43,950 nucleotides of DNA from contig JBAZQH010000001.1 in the NCBI GenBank assembly GCA_041645285.1, positions 1 through 43,950 of the forward strand. Direction: 5' to 3'. This stretch comes from Candidatus Margulisiibacteriota bacterium. GTDB taxonomy: Bacteria > Margulisbacteria > WOR-1 > JAHJIW01. The notes under the pieces are model-generated. The model was not told the origin of the DNA. It saw only the letters and a list, made by a program, of their open reading frames with translations, and ran no database searches. Position numbers and translations under genes: made by a program. Positions 35,749 through 43,950 of the stretch are shown here, piece by piece (the stretch's first letter is position 1; each line of letters starts with the position of its first letter).

Positions 35749-37051
35749 TTAATTGTTTTTCGGCATTAGTTAACTGTTTTTTTCTTCGTTGCAGGGCGGC
35801 CGCGCTCATGCGAAGGGCTTTTTCGATCTCAAACTTTTCCTTCATCCCAAAAGAAAACGGCGGCACATACTTGGGCGGCATGCCTTCAAAGATATTGCAG
35901 AAAATTGAGATTACGGTTCCGGTATTAATCATGGTGCCAATGGCGGTCTTGGTATGATCGCCGATCAGGCATCCCATAAATTGCTCTTTGGTATCAACCA
36001 GTTGTCCGTCGTTCCACATTTTAATGTTTCCGTAATTGTTTTTGAGGTTGCTGTTGGTGGTGCCGGCGCCCAGGTTAACCCATTCGCATATATAAGAATG
36101 GCCCAAAAACCCATAATGCGCTTTATTGGAATATCCGTGGATAATTGAATTGGTTACTTCCCCGTGTACTTTACAACTTGGTCCGATTGAAGTTCCGCTG
36201 CGGATTTGTGCGCCTAAGATTGTACTGTTTTCCCCGATGTAAGCTGGCCCTTCAATATAAGTAAGCGGCATTATATGCGCACCTGCGTCAATAATTACCG
36301 GTCCGCGGCGCGCGTCAATTACCACTTGCGCTTCAATGGTTGCGCCCTGGCCGATTATCGTGTTTTCCCGTTTGTAAAAGGTAACCGTTTTGTGGATTGC
36401 GGCCTTTTTCTTGGCACCCTTTTTGTTTATCCTCTTGTAGTCGGCCTCAATTTGGGCGGAGTTTTCTTTGATCAACTGCCACGGATAATCAATGAGTTTT
36501 ACGTCGATTTTGGTGGTTTTAATTTGCGGCAATTTGCGCGCTGGTTGCTTTGATTGTTTTTGCGGAGAAATACCGAGACCTTTCCCTGTGCTTAACCTTG
36601 CGGCCACTACGGTGCCGTTGCAAACAAAAGTTTCGTCCGGGCCGTCCAACGGGATTTTTTTAGAAAGGTTGGGCTCGGCCAGGATGCGGCCGTTGATAAA
36701 TAAACATGCGCCTGCTAATGCGTTTGCGGCGGCTTCGAGTGACGTGGCAACTGCGGTGGTATTAGGGAGAGTCGTGCCGTTAAACTCAATAACCTTACAC
36801 TCCGGATGTCTTTCCTGGACCGTTTCCTTAAGCATGCCGCGGCAAGCTAAAATAACTTTTGGTCCAGTTTTTTTTTCGGTGGCGGATTGTGTGGCGGGTG
36901 CGCCATATTCAAGCAGAATTTTATCCAGTAGGGATAAAATTCCGCATTTTACTTCAAAGCTGGCGCGCAGAAGGGTTATGGGCTCTAGTTTTTTGTAGCC
37001 GGCATCTTCAAAAATGCAGAGCGAAGTTTTGGGCGCTTTTTGTTTTTTCAT
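35726..37051 (-). CDS. sugar nucleotidyl transferase-like protein with left-handed beta-helix (GlmU-like, non-GlmU)
   Basis: A nucleotidyltransferase-like N-terminus (LCIFEDAGYKKLEPITLLR) plus C-terminal hexapeptide repeats (IGENSTILGAQIRSGTSIGPSCKVHGEVTNSIIHG...NLGAGTTNSNLKNNYG). Confidence 0.8.
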   Translation of the reverse strand: MKKQKAPKTSLCIFEDAGYKKLEPITLLRASFEVKCGILSLLDKILLEYGAPATQSATEKKTGPKVILACRGMLKETVQERHPECKVIEFNGTTLPNTTAVATSLEAAANALAGACLFINGRILAEPNLSKKIPLDGPDETFVCNGTVVAARLSTGKGLGISPQKQSKQPARKLPQIKTTKIDVKLIDYPWQLIKENSAQIEADYKRINKKGAKKKAAIHKTVTFYKRENTIIGQGATIEAQVVIDARRGPVIIDAGAHIMPLTYIEGPAYIGENSTILGAQIRSGTSIGPSCKVHGEVTNSIIHGYSNKAHYGFLGHSYICEWVNLGAGTTNSNLKNNYGNIKMWNDGQLVDTKEQFMGCLIGDHTKTAIGTMINTGTVISIFCNIFEGMPPKYVPPFSFGMKEKFEIEKALRMSAAALQRRKKQLTNAEKQLIKLLLQS

Positions 37052-38320
37052 TTAAGTATTTTTCCGATAATTTAAGTTTTCAAACGAGTAGGTAAACTCG
37101 GTATGGATTTTGTAGCGGCCTTCCAAAATAGCCACCACGTCCTCAATAAAGACAATTTCTTCGTTGGTGGGGATGACCCATACCTTTACCGGCGAATCAT
37201 CCGTGGAAATCAAGGTTTCCACTTCGCGGCTGACTGCGGAGCGGTTACGTTTTGAATCCAACAGGATGCCCATCGGTTCCAGCCCGGTCAAGGTTTTTTC
37301 GCGCAGCTGCCAATTTAATTCCCCGGCGCCGGCGGTAAAGACCAGCGCGTCCACCTGTCCCAAGATTGCAGAATAAGCGCCGATGTATTTTTTTAGCCGG
37401 TACGTCTCAATCTCTGTGGCCAAAATACAGCGCGCATCCCCCGCGGTGATACCTTTTTCAATGTCGCGGCGGTCGGCGTATTTTCCGGTAATACCCAAAA
37501 GCCCGCTTTTTTTGTTTAGGATGGCGTCAATTTCTTCAACGTAAAAACCCTCTTTTTCGATCATGAATAAAATTATGGCCGGGTCGATATCTCCGCATCG
37601 CGTGCCCATGACCACCCCTTCCAGCGGGGTTAGCCCCATGCTGGTATCGATTGAAATGCCGTTTTTGATAGCAGAAACACTGGAGCCGTTACCAATATGC
37701 AGGCTGATCAAATTGGTTTCGGACGGTTTTTTGCCCAGTAAGACCGCGGCGCGCCGCGATACATATAAATGCGAGGTGCCGTGGAAACCGTAGCGCCGGA
37801 CACCGTACATGGCGTACCACTCATAAGGAACAGGGTAGGTATAGGCGGCTTGGGGCATGGTCTGGTGGAAGGCAGTGTCAAACACGGCGATGTGGGGGGC
37901 GTGGGGCAGGATTTTTTCGGCGGCTTCAATGCCGGCCAGGTTGGGTGGGTTGTGGAGCGGCGCCAAATCCTGCATGTCGCGGATGGCGGCCTTGACTTCC
38001 TCGTCAATTTTTACCGACTGGTGGAATTTTTCACCGCCGTGCACCACGCGGTGCCCCACGGCGTGGATGTCATCAATATTTTTCAGGACGCCGGTTTCCG
38101 ATCCGGTAATAGCGTCAATAATGAGTCGGATGGCGGTATGGTGGTCTTTGCATTCGGTTTCTTTTTTAAATTCATCTTTACCGGGGCGTAAATGAGAGAT
38201 AAAAGAGTTGGCAATGCCGATTCTTTCTACCACGCCGCGGCAGAGCGTGGCCTTTTTTTGCCAGTCGTAGAGCTGGTATTTTACCGACGAACTGCCGCAA
38301 TTTAGGGCTAGGATGATCAT
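37052..38320 (-). CDS. ackA: acetate kinase
   Basis: N-terminal ILALNCGSSSVKYQLYD and ...HRVVHGG..F... and ...FHGTSH... motifs are present. The 422-aa length fits. Confidence 0.95.
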   Translation of the reverse strand: MIILALNCGSSSVKYQLYDWQKKATLCRGVVERIGIANSFISHLRPGKDEFKKETECKDHHTAIRLIIDAITGSETGVLKNIDDIHAVGHRVVHGGEKFHQSVKIDEEVKAAIRDMQDLAPLHNPPNLAGIEAAEKILPHAPHIAVFDTAFHQTMPQAAYTYPVPYEWYAMYGVRRYGFHGTSHLYVSRRAAVLLGKKPSETNLISLHIGNGSSVSAIKNGISIDTSMGLTPLEGVVMGTRCGDIDPAIILFMIEKEGFYVEEIDAILNKKSGLLGITGKYADRRDIEKGITAGDARCILATEIETYRLKKYIGAYSAILGQVDALVFTAGAGELNWQLREKTLTGLEPMGILLDSKRNRSAVSREVETLISTDDSPVKVWVIPTNEEIVFIEDVVAILEGRYKIHTEFTYSFENLNYRKNT

Positions 38321-38338
38321 ACGGAATATGTGTCCTTT

Positions 38339-39409
38339 TTAATCCTTAAGCAGCTTAAAACCTATAGAAGTATAAACCTTTCCGCGGGAGTCGACAATCA
38401 TCCCTTCGGTGTCGCGGCCAAAGTTGATCAGCCGCAAGCCGTCCCGTATGCCCATTGCAAAAACAGCCGTGGTGTAAGCATCTGCCAGCGCCGCGCTTTT
38501 TGAGATAATTACCACACATTCAATACCTTGAGCTGGATATCCGGTTTTGGGGTCAATGATATGACAATAGCGCTTGCCGTCAATTTCGGTGAATTGTTCG
38601 TAATCCCCGCTGGTAGAGAGCGCCTGGTTAGTTAATTCAACAAAACCCAGGTAGGGTTTTTCTTTAGCGGCGCGCGCGGCAGCAGAATTGGGAACAAAAC
38701 GCGGATTGCGGATTGCAATTTTCCAGGGTTTGCCTTTGGGATTTAGGCCGATGGCAATAATTGAGCTGCTGCACGAAATCAGCGCGTTTTGGACATGGTA
38801 GCTGTCCAGCACCTTTTTAGCCAGGTCAAAAGCGTACCCTTTGCCGATCCCGCCCAAATCCAATTTCATTTCCGGGTTTTGCAGTTGTATTGTTCCCAGG
38901 TTATCGTCCAGCAAAATTTGGCGCCAATCCACCAGCGCCCGGGCGGATTCAATTGCGTCTTTTTCGGGTAAAGCCTTATTTTGGATGGCGCATTTCCAGA
39001 GGTCGGCCAGGGGGCCGATGGTAATATCGAAATAACCGTTGGTTGCTTTTGAGAAATTAACGGATTGCTTCACGGCGTTATAGGTAACCGGGCTAACCGC
39101 CACCACGGATTCACCGGCAAAATTATTGATCAGGCAGATTTCGCTTTTGGAGTTGAATTTACTAATGAGGGATTCCGTTTTTTTGATTGAGTTAAATGCG
39201 GCCTGGGCGGCGGTGCGGGTCGCTGGCCCAAAGACCTTGATTTCGACCGTGGTGCCCAGCAGTTTTTGCTCTCCGGTGTATGCGTTTGCGACCTGCGGAG
39301 TAACCCAGAGATAAAAAGCGCTTGACGCAATGATCAATGCCGAGAATAATCCCAAGAGCAAGATTGGGGGAACCGGTTTTTGCGCATGTCGCCAAAGAAA
39401 GATTTGCAC
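38339..39409 (-). CDS. apbE: FAD:protein FMN transferase
   Basis: N-terminal anchor, then ApbE-family motifs ...DLGGIGKGYA... and ...ALSTSGDYEQ.... GTG start with SD GGAGGA 10 nt upstream. Confidence 0.88.
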   Translation of the reverse strand: MQIFLWRHAQKPVPPILLLGLFSALIIASSAFYLWVTPQVANAYTGEQKLLGTTVEIKVFGPATRTAAQAAFNSIKKTESLISKFNSKSEICLINNFAGESVVAVSPVTYNAVKQSVNFSKATNGYFDITIGPLADLWKCAIQNKALPEKDAIESARALVDWRQILLDDNLGTIQLQNPEMKLDLGGIGKGYAFDLAKKVLDSYHVQNALISCSSSIIAIGLNPKGKPWKIAIRNPRFVPNSAAARAAKEKPYLGFVELTNQALSTSGDYEQFTEIDGKRYCHIIDPKTGYPAQGIECVVIISKSAALADAYTTAVFAMGIRDGLRLINFGRDTEGMIVDSRGKVYTSIGFKLLKD

Positions 39410-39437
39410 GGAGAAAATATCCTCCCAAAACAGACCA

Positions 39438-39466
39438 TTGCCGATAAATCTGGGTAATGATATAAT
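39438..39466 (+). promoter_or_regulatory. sigma70-type promoter upstream of pyrB (TTGCCG-17 nt-TATAAT)
   Basis: -35 is at 39438-39443 and a perfect -10 TATAAT at 39461-39466, 36 nt before the pyrB ATG. Confidence 0.5.
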
Positions 39467-39501
39467 ATCTCCAAGCTTAATTCAAGGTTCGAAAAAGATA
39501 G

Positions 39502-40446
39502 ATGAATAAGGTAAAAAGCTTAGCCACAAAAGATCTCCTCGGTTTGAAGGACCTCTCTTTAGAAGACCTCAATTTAATTTTCCAAACCGCTGAATCAATG
39601 AAAGAAATATTTAACCGTCCCATCCGGCGCGCGCCGGCCCTCAACGGCAAGACCATCTTCACCCTGTTTTATGAAAACAGCACGCGCACCCGCTCCTCAT
39701 TTGAAATGGCGGCCAAAATGCTGTCGGCCACCACCGGTTCAATCAGCGCGGCCACCAGCAGTGCCAAAAAAGGTGAAACCTTAATCGATACGGTAAAAAA
39801 TATTGAAGTGATGGGGATCGATGCCATCGTTATTCGTCACTCCATGGCGGGGGCTCCGCACCTCATTGCCAAAAATCTCAAGGCCTCGGTGATTAATGCG
39901 GGGGATGGATGCAACGAGCATCCGACGCAAGGTTTGCTGGACATTTATACGATGCTGGAAAAAAGGGGAACGGTTAAAGGTAAAACTGTGTTGATTGTGG
40001 GGGACATTGCGCACTCACGTGTAGCGCGCTCAAACATCTGGGGACTTACCAAATTGGGCGCGCACGTTATTGTGTGCGGCCCGCCCACCTTAATGCCGGC
40101 GGGGATTGAACAAATGGGGGTGGAAGTTTCTTCCAATTTGGATGACGTCATCGGCGAAGCCGATTTTATCAATGTGCTTCGCATCCAGTTAGAAAGGCAG
40201 GAAAAGGGGCTCTTCCCTTCAAAGGAAGAATATACCCGCCTGTTTGGGATTGATGCCGCGCGTATGCAAAAAGCCCAAAAAGACGTAGTAATAATGCATC
40301 CCGGGCCGATTAACCGCGGAGTGGAGTTGTCGAGCGAAGTTGCCGACGGGCCTTACAACGTAATTTTGGATCAAGTAAAAAATGGGGTGGCTATTAGGAT
40401 GGCGGTGTTGTTCCTCTTGTTGGGCGGGAAAAACGGCGGGGAGTAA
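39502..40446 (+). CDS. pyrB: aspartate carbamoyltransferase catalytic subunit
   Basis: Motifs STRTRSSFE, HPTQGLLD and MHPGPINRGVE are present. The 314-aa length fits. No pyrI follows. Confidence 0.95.
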   Translation: MNKVKSLATKDLLGLKDLSLEDLNLIFQTAESMKEIFNRPIRRAPALNGKTIFTLFYENSTRTRSSFEMAAKMLSATTGSISAATSSAKKGETLIDTVKNIEVMGIDAIVIRHSMAGAPHLIAKNLKASVINAGDGCNEHPTQGLLDIYTMLEKRGTVKGKTVLIVGDIAHSRVARSNIWGLTKLGAHVIVCGPPTLMPAGIEQMGVEVSSNLDDVIGEADFINVLRIQLERQEKGLFPSKEEYTRLFGIDAARMQKAQKDVVIMHPGPINRGVELSSEVADGPYNVILDQVKNGVAIRMAVLFLLLGGKNGGE

Positions 40447-40461
40447 TTGCGTCGAATATAA

Positions 40462-40656
40462 TTAATCTTTATTAATCTCTTCAATCAATTCATCAACATT
40501 TATGCCGTGGACGTTAGCGGCTTGGGCGATGGTTTCAGACGCCGCAATAGAACAGCCCAGACAGTGCATGCCTTTGGCAAACAGGATGCCGGCAATTTGC
40601 GGCTTGATTTGCAGCGCTTCAGCAATGGTCATGTCTTTGGTAATTGGCTGGCTCAT
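40462..40656 (-). CDS. DUF1858 / hybrid-cluster-protein-associated redox disulfide domain protein
   Basis: 64 aa. MTIAEALQIKPQIAGILFAKGMHCLGCSIAASETI matches the small CXXC protein family. Confidence 0.7.
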   Translation of the reverse strand: MSQPITKDMTIAEALQIKPQIAGILFAKGMHCLGCSIAASETIAQAANVHGINVDELIEEINKD

Positions 40657-40690
40657 AATGAAAAATATTATATTACATGGAGGAAATATT

Positions 40691-41098
40691 TCAAAGCGAA
40701 AAATTTAGCAGCGCTTTTGGCAATTTAACCGGCCGAAAGGTTTTGAGGTTCATGGCAAATAAAACCACTGCGGCTTCACACAGCACTTTTTCGGTTTGGC
40801 TGGCTTGGGGATAGACCACTTTCTGCTCGAATGTGATGGTAGCGCCGGTGGTGGAGACAATTTGCGTATGAATTTCAACTTCATCGTAAAGCTTGGCCGG
40901 GGCAAAATATTTGCAGTGTACTTCTTTAACCGGGAACACGATGTTTTCCTTTTCGCGCAAGGTCTTTAACTTTATGCCCATTTGCTCAATCAACTCGGTG
41001 CGGCCGGCCTCCATCCATTTTAGATAGTTGGCGTAGTACACCACGCCTTCGGCGTCGGTGTCGCTGTAGTAGACTTTGATTTTTAGGATATTTTCCAT
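40691..41098 (-). CDS. acyl-CoA thioesterase, YbgC/4HBT family
   Basis: Hot-dog fold signature VYYSDTDAEGVVYYANYLKWME near the N-terminus. 135 aa. Confidence 0.85.
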   Translation of the reverse strand: MENILKIKVYYSDTDAEGVVYYANYLKWMEAGRTELIEQMGIKLKTLREKENIVFPVKEVHCKYFAPAKLYDEVEIHTQIVSTTGATITFEQKVVYPQASQTEKVLCEAAVVLFAMNLKTFRPVKLPKALLNFSL

Positions 41099-41146
41099 AA
41101 ATTTAGATACCTTGTCCTCCTTCGAGTCCTTCTCCTTTTCCTTTCT

Positions 41147-42250
41147 TTACAGATACCCCTCCACCAGCATGTCCTCCCCAATTTGCCGATAATCAACCGC
41201 CTTTAATTTTACGCTGGCGATCATGGAGCTGGCGCCTTTTCCTTCAAACCAGGTTTTGGCACCGGCGCCGCCAATCAATTTCGGTGCAATGAATACCATG
41301 ATTTTATCCACAATTTTTTCTTCCAGGGCATTGGTAAACACTTCACTGCCGCCTTCAATCAGGACGCTGGTGATTTTTCGCTTGCCTAGGATTGTCATCA
41401 ATGCTTTGAGGTTGATTTTGCCTGATTTTGCTTTGACCAGCATGACTTCGACGCCGCGTTTTTCCAGCGCCAAAATTTTATCTTTGGGGGTGGTGCGGGT
41501 GCAAGCTAGTAGGGTGGGGGCCGTTCTGGTATCCAACACTTTTGCGTTCAGCGGAATTTTGCAATTTGCGTCCAAAACAATCCTCAGCGGATTTTTGATT
41601 TGTTTGACCAGGCGCACGTTCAGCTGGGGATCATCTTTTAGGACCGTATTGATGCCAACCATTACTGCATCCACCTGGTTGCGCAGAGTATGGGTTAATT
41701 TCCTGGACTCTAAATTGCTAATCCAGCGGGAATCCCCGGCATGGGTTGCAATTTTTCCGTCGAGAGAGGCCGCGGCTTTTAAGATTACAAATGGTAGACC
41801 GGTAGTGATATGTTTAATGAAAAATTCGTTTAGTTTTTTGGCATCCGGCGCCAGCAGGCCCACCACAACTTTAATTTTTGCTTTTTTAAGAGTAGCAAAA
41901 CCTTTTCCGCTAACCAGCGGGTTGGGGTCCTGCATGGCCGCCACTATTTTTTTTATTTTGGCGCGGATAATATTTTCGGTGCACGGCGGGTTGTTGCCAA
42001 AATGATTACAGGGCTCGAGGTTGATATAAAGAGTGGCGCCGGCGGCGCGCTGCCCGGCTTTTTCAATTGCCCAGGTTTCGGCGTGCGGGGTGGTGAAGGG
42101 GCCGTGGTAACCCTCTGCAATAACTTTGTCGTTTTTAACCAGAACTGCTCCTACCATGGGGTCAGGGGAAGTAATGCCGCGCTGGGTTGCGGCCAGTTCT
42201 AGTGCTCGCTGCATGAAAATTTGGTCAGGGTTGAGTTTCTTCATTTTCAC
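41147..42250 (-). CDS. ribD: bifunctional riboflavin biosynthesis deaminase/reductase
   Basis: Deaminase zinc motifs HAETWAI and LEPCNHFGNNPPC, followed by the reductase domain (...AASLDGKIA...). 367 aa. Confidence 0.93.
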   Translation of the reverse strand: MKMKKLNPDQIFMQRALELAATQRGITSPDPMVGAVLVKNDKVIAEGYHGPFTTPHAETWAIEKAGQRAAGATLYINLEPCNHFGNNPPCTENIIRAKIKKIVAAMQDPNPLVSGKGFATLKKAKIKVVVGLLAPDAKKLNEFFIKHITTGLPFVILKAAASLDGKIATHAGDSRWISNLESRKLTHTLRNQVDAVMVGINTVLKDDPQLNVRLVKQIKNPLRIVLDANCKIPLNAKVLDTRTAPTLLACTRTTPKDKILALEKRGVEVMLVKAKSGKINLKALMTILGKRKITSVLIEGGSEVFTNALEEKIVDKIMVFIAPKLIGGAGAKTWFEGKGASSMIASVKLKAVDYRQIGEDMLVEGYL

Positions 42251-42860
42251 TGTTTTGGCCAGAGGGACGATCGTTTGCGTTTACTGCAATCACTACCTCA
42301 ATGGAGCTGCCGGAAGCCACTTCTTCCCCGGCAACCGGAGATTGCGATATGACGGTGCCGTCGGCAAATTCGGTGGAGTTAACGTTATCAACCGTTCCGA
42401 TACATAACCCGACGGCGGTTAAGACCACTTCAATTTGCTGGGAATCCTTGCCGATCAGGTTGGGGACAGTTACGCTTTTTTGCCCCATGCTGACCACCAA
42501 ATTAATGGAGCGTCCTTGTTTTACGCTGCGGCCGGGCTCTGGTTTCTGATAAACCACTTGGTTTTCTGGAATTCCTGGCTCGTAGGTTTTGTCGATTACC
42601 ACGGTGCTTAAATTCATTTGCTGGGAAATCTTTGCGGCTTCTTCGGCCGCCAGGCCGACCAGGTACGGCGTTTTGGTTTCGGGAATGGTCGCGCCGTAAA
42701 TCACGGCAAAATAAATTACCGCCAGAGGGATGAGCATTAAAAATAGTAAAACCAGGATAACCCGGAACGGGTGCTTGATTTTTACGGAAATGACCACTAG
42801 CCCGGCCAACGCCAGGTAGATGATACAGCAAAGCAGATAAATTAATAAATAATTTGCCAT
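42225..42860 (-). CDS. membrane-anchored PASTA-domain protein (two PASTA repeats)
   Basis: Two N-terminal TM helices, then PASTA-like units: PYLVGLAAEEAAKISQQMNL...VVYQKPEPGRSVKQGRSINLVV and VPNLIGKDSQQIEVVLTAVGL...VISQSPVAGEEVASGSSIEVVI. Confidence 0.8.
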   Translation of the reverse strand: MANYLLIYLLCCIIYLALAGLVVISVKIKHPFRVILVLLFLMLIPLAVIYFAVIYGATIPETKTPYLVGLAAEEAAKISQQMNLSTVVIDKTYEPGIPENQVVYQKPEPGRSVKQGRSINLVVSMGQKSVTVPNLIGKDSQQIEVVLTAVGLCIGTVDNVNSTEFADGTVISQSPVAGEEVASGSSIEVVIAVNANDRPSGQNSENEETQP

Positions 42861-42864
42861 TTTT

Positions 42865-43905
42865 TTAAGGTTTGATCAGTGTCATGATTGCCGCCAGAAT
42901 TAATCCGGCCAAAATGGTTAAGAGCAAAATTTTAAAAAACCACCCCCGGAGCCGGGCGGTAAAATCTTGCGGCTGGTTTTTTTCGGGCAAACGGATGTGT
43001 TCTCTGCCGGGTTCTTTTTCTCTGGGTTGGGGGCGGTCAGAAGTATCCAGGCAAATTTCCGGGATATCCGGCAGGTTGGTTTTGGTAACAATTCCCTTGT
43101 TTTTTAAGCTGGCAGCCAAATCATCAATTGAAGCAAACCGCAGTAGCGGGTCGCGCTCCAGGGCCTTGAGGACCAGGTCGTCAATGTTTTTGGGAATGGA
43201 GGGGTTAAACGTGGAGGGCGGCAGGGGCGTTGACTGGATCTTTTGCAGGGCAACCTGCAGGGAAATTTTTTCTTTTGGCAGGTCAAAGGGGAGGCGGCCG
43301 GCCAGCATTGCGTAAAGTACCAGCCCGGCGCCGTAAATATCAGATGACGGGGCGCAGTCCGCGCCCGCGATTTCTTCCGGGGACAAGTAAGTTGCGTCTT
43401 CGGTGACGTAGACGGCTTTTTGCGGCAGGGCTTCCTTGATGGATTTTTCTACCACAAAGTCGGCAACTTTGACAATTTTTTGAGTGGAAATCAGGATGTT
43501 GTTGGGGCAAAGGGCGCCATGGAGGATGCCGTTTTTGTGGGCAATGGACAGGGCGGCGCAGACATCGAGCATGATTTCAATGGCTTTGTCCAAATCCAGC
43601 GGATGGTGAGTTTTTAGTATTTCACTTAAAGATTGGCCTTCGATGTACTCTCTCACATAATAATACCCTTGCCAGCCATAGTCGCCGTCAATAATTTTGG
43701 TGATGTTATGGTGGTGAATTAAAGAAAAATCCTTGATTTTTTGGCGGATGATTTTGATGAGGGAGCTGTTTAAGGTGGCGCGTTTGTAAATTTTAATGAT
43801 GACCGGTTTTTCGTTGGATAGGTAGGTGCCTTTGTAAGTAATCCGGTAGGGATTATCGGAAATTTGCACGCCAATTTTGTAGCGGCTTTTTAAGAAGCGC
43901 TCCAT
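42865..43905 (-). CDS. Hanks-type Ser/Thr kinase-like protein, predicted pseudokinase, C-terminal TM anchor
   Basis: The fold aligns to PknB (VIIKIY lysine, YLSPEE, DIYGAGLVLYAMLAGRLPF). However, the catalytic loop reads HGALCPNN instead of HRDLKPxN, DFG reads DFV, and the Gly-rich loop is absent. The C-terminal TM is ILLLTILAGLILAAIMTLI. Confidence 0.82.
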   Translation of the reverse strand: MERFLKSRYKIGVQISDNPYRITYKGTYLSNEKPVIIKIYKRATLNSSLIKIIRQKIKDFSLIHHHNITKIIDGDYGWQGYYYVREYIEGQSLSEILKTHHPLDLDKAIEIMLDVCAALSIAHKNGILHGALCPNNILISTQKIVKVADFVVEKSIKEALPQKAVYVTEDATYLSPEEIAGADCAPSSDIYGAGLVLYAMLAGRLPFDLPKEKISLQVALQKIQSTPLPPSTFNPSIPKNIDDLVLKALERDPLLRFASIDDLAASLKNKGIVTKTNLPDIPEICLDTSDRPQPREKEPGREHIRLPEKNQPQDFTARLRGWFFKILLLTILAGLILAAIMTLIKP

Positions 43906-43950
43906 GCCCTGATTATACCTTAAAATTTTTGGCAGTTTGAGTGAAATTTT

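Noticed and set aside
36492-36998. 168-aa ORF on the + strand
   Set aside because: It is antisense to the beta-helix nucleotidyl-transferase gene, with no start context.
41223-42005. 260-aa ORF on the + strand
   Set aside because: It is antisense to ribD, whose deaminase and reductase motifs are intact. The sequence is low-complexity and Ser/Phe/Leu-rich.
1-43950. Search for a CRISPR array, tandem repeats, IS elements, prophage genes, and tRNA/rRNA genes
   Set aside because: By-eye reading of the intergenic regions found none: no regularly spaced direct repeats, no transposase, integrase or phage-like ORFs, and no cloverleaf-like sequences. The intergenic regions read were 3255-3427, 13535-13784, 16435-16520, 18406-18592, 32149-32286 and 39410-39501.

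Overview
This is a 43.95-kb chromosomal segment from what looks like an uncultivated-type anaerobic, probably diderm bacterium. The phylum cannot be assigned from sequence alone. All family assignments are by-eye motif recognition; no database searches or folding programs were run.

- **Left third (+ strand):** a sensor histidine kinase, a translationally coupled argF-argG-argH-ndk-pepA block, then a FemAB-family transferase and murE separated by a roughly 200-nt rod-like structured RNA candidate.
- **Centre (- strand, 19.5-32.1 kb):** a 15-gene operon for a group-4 (Mbh/Ech/Hyc-like) membrane-bound [NiFe] hydrogenase with Mrp-antiporter-like subunits. It carries an unusual soluble module: a HydB/AsrA-like Fe-S protein, a HydG/AsrB-like flavoprotein, a truncated molybdopterin-oxidoreductase-like protein, a polyferredoxin and a TPR protein. 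A HypC-HydE-like fusion gene lies next to the operon.
- **Right third:** a nucleotidyl transferase, ackA, apbE, pyrB, a thioesterase, ribD, and a PknB-like pseudokinase split from its PASTA module.
- **Atypical ORFs:** four + strand ORFs are wedged between - strand units (13785-15443, 16521-17066, 18593-19492, 32287-35748). They use AGA/AGG arginine codons that the sampled housekeeping gene (argF) does not use. Two are very long-branch versions of known families: an enolase-like protein that keeps the catalytic constellation, and a 1153-aa RelA/SpoT-like protein with degenerate catalytic motifs. The other two are ORFans.
- **Not seen:** no CRISPR array, transposase, integrase, rRNA or tRNA.
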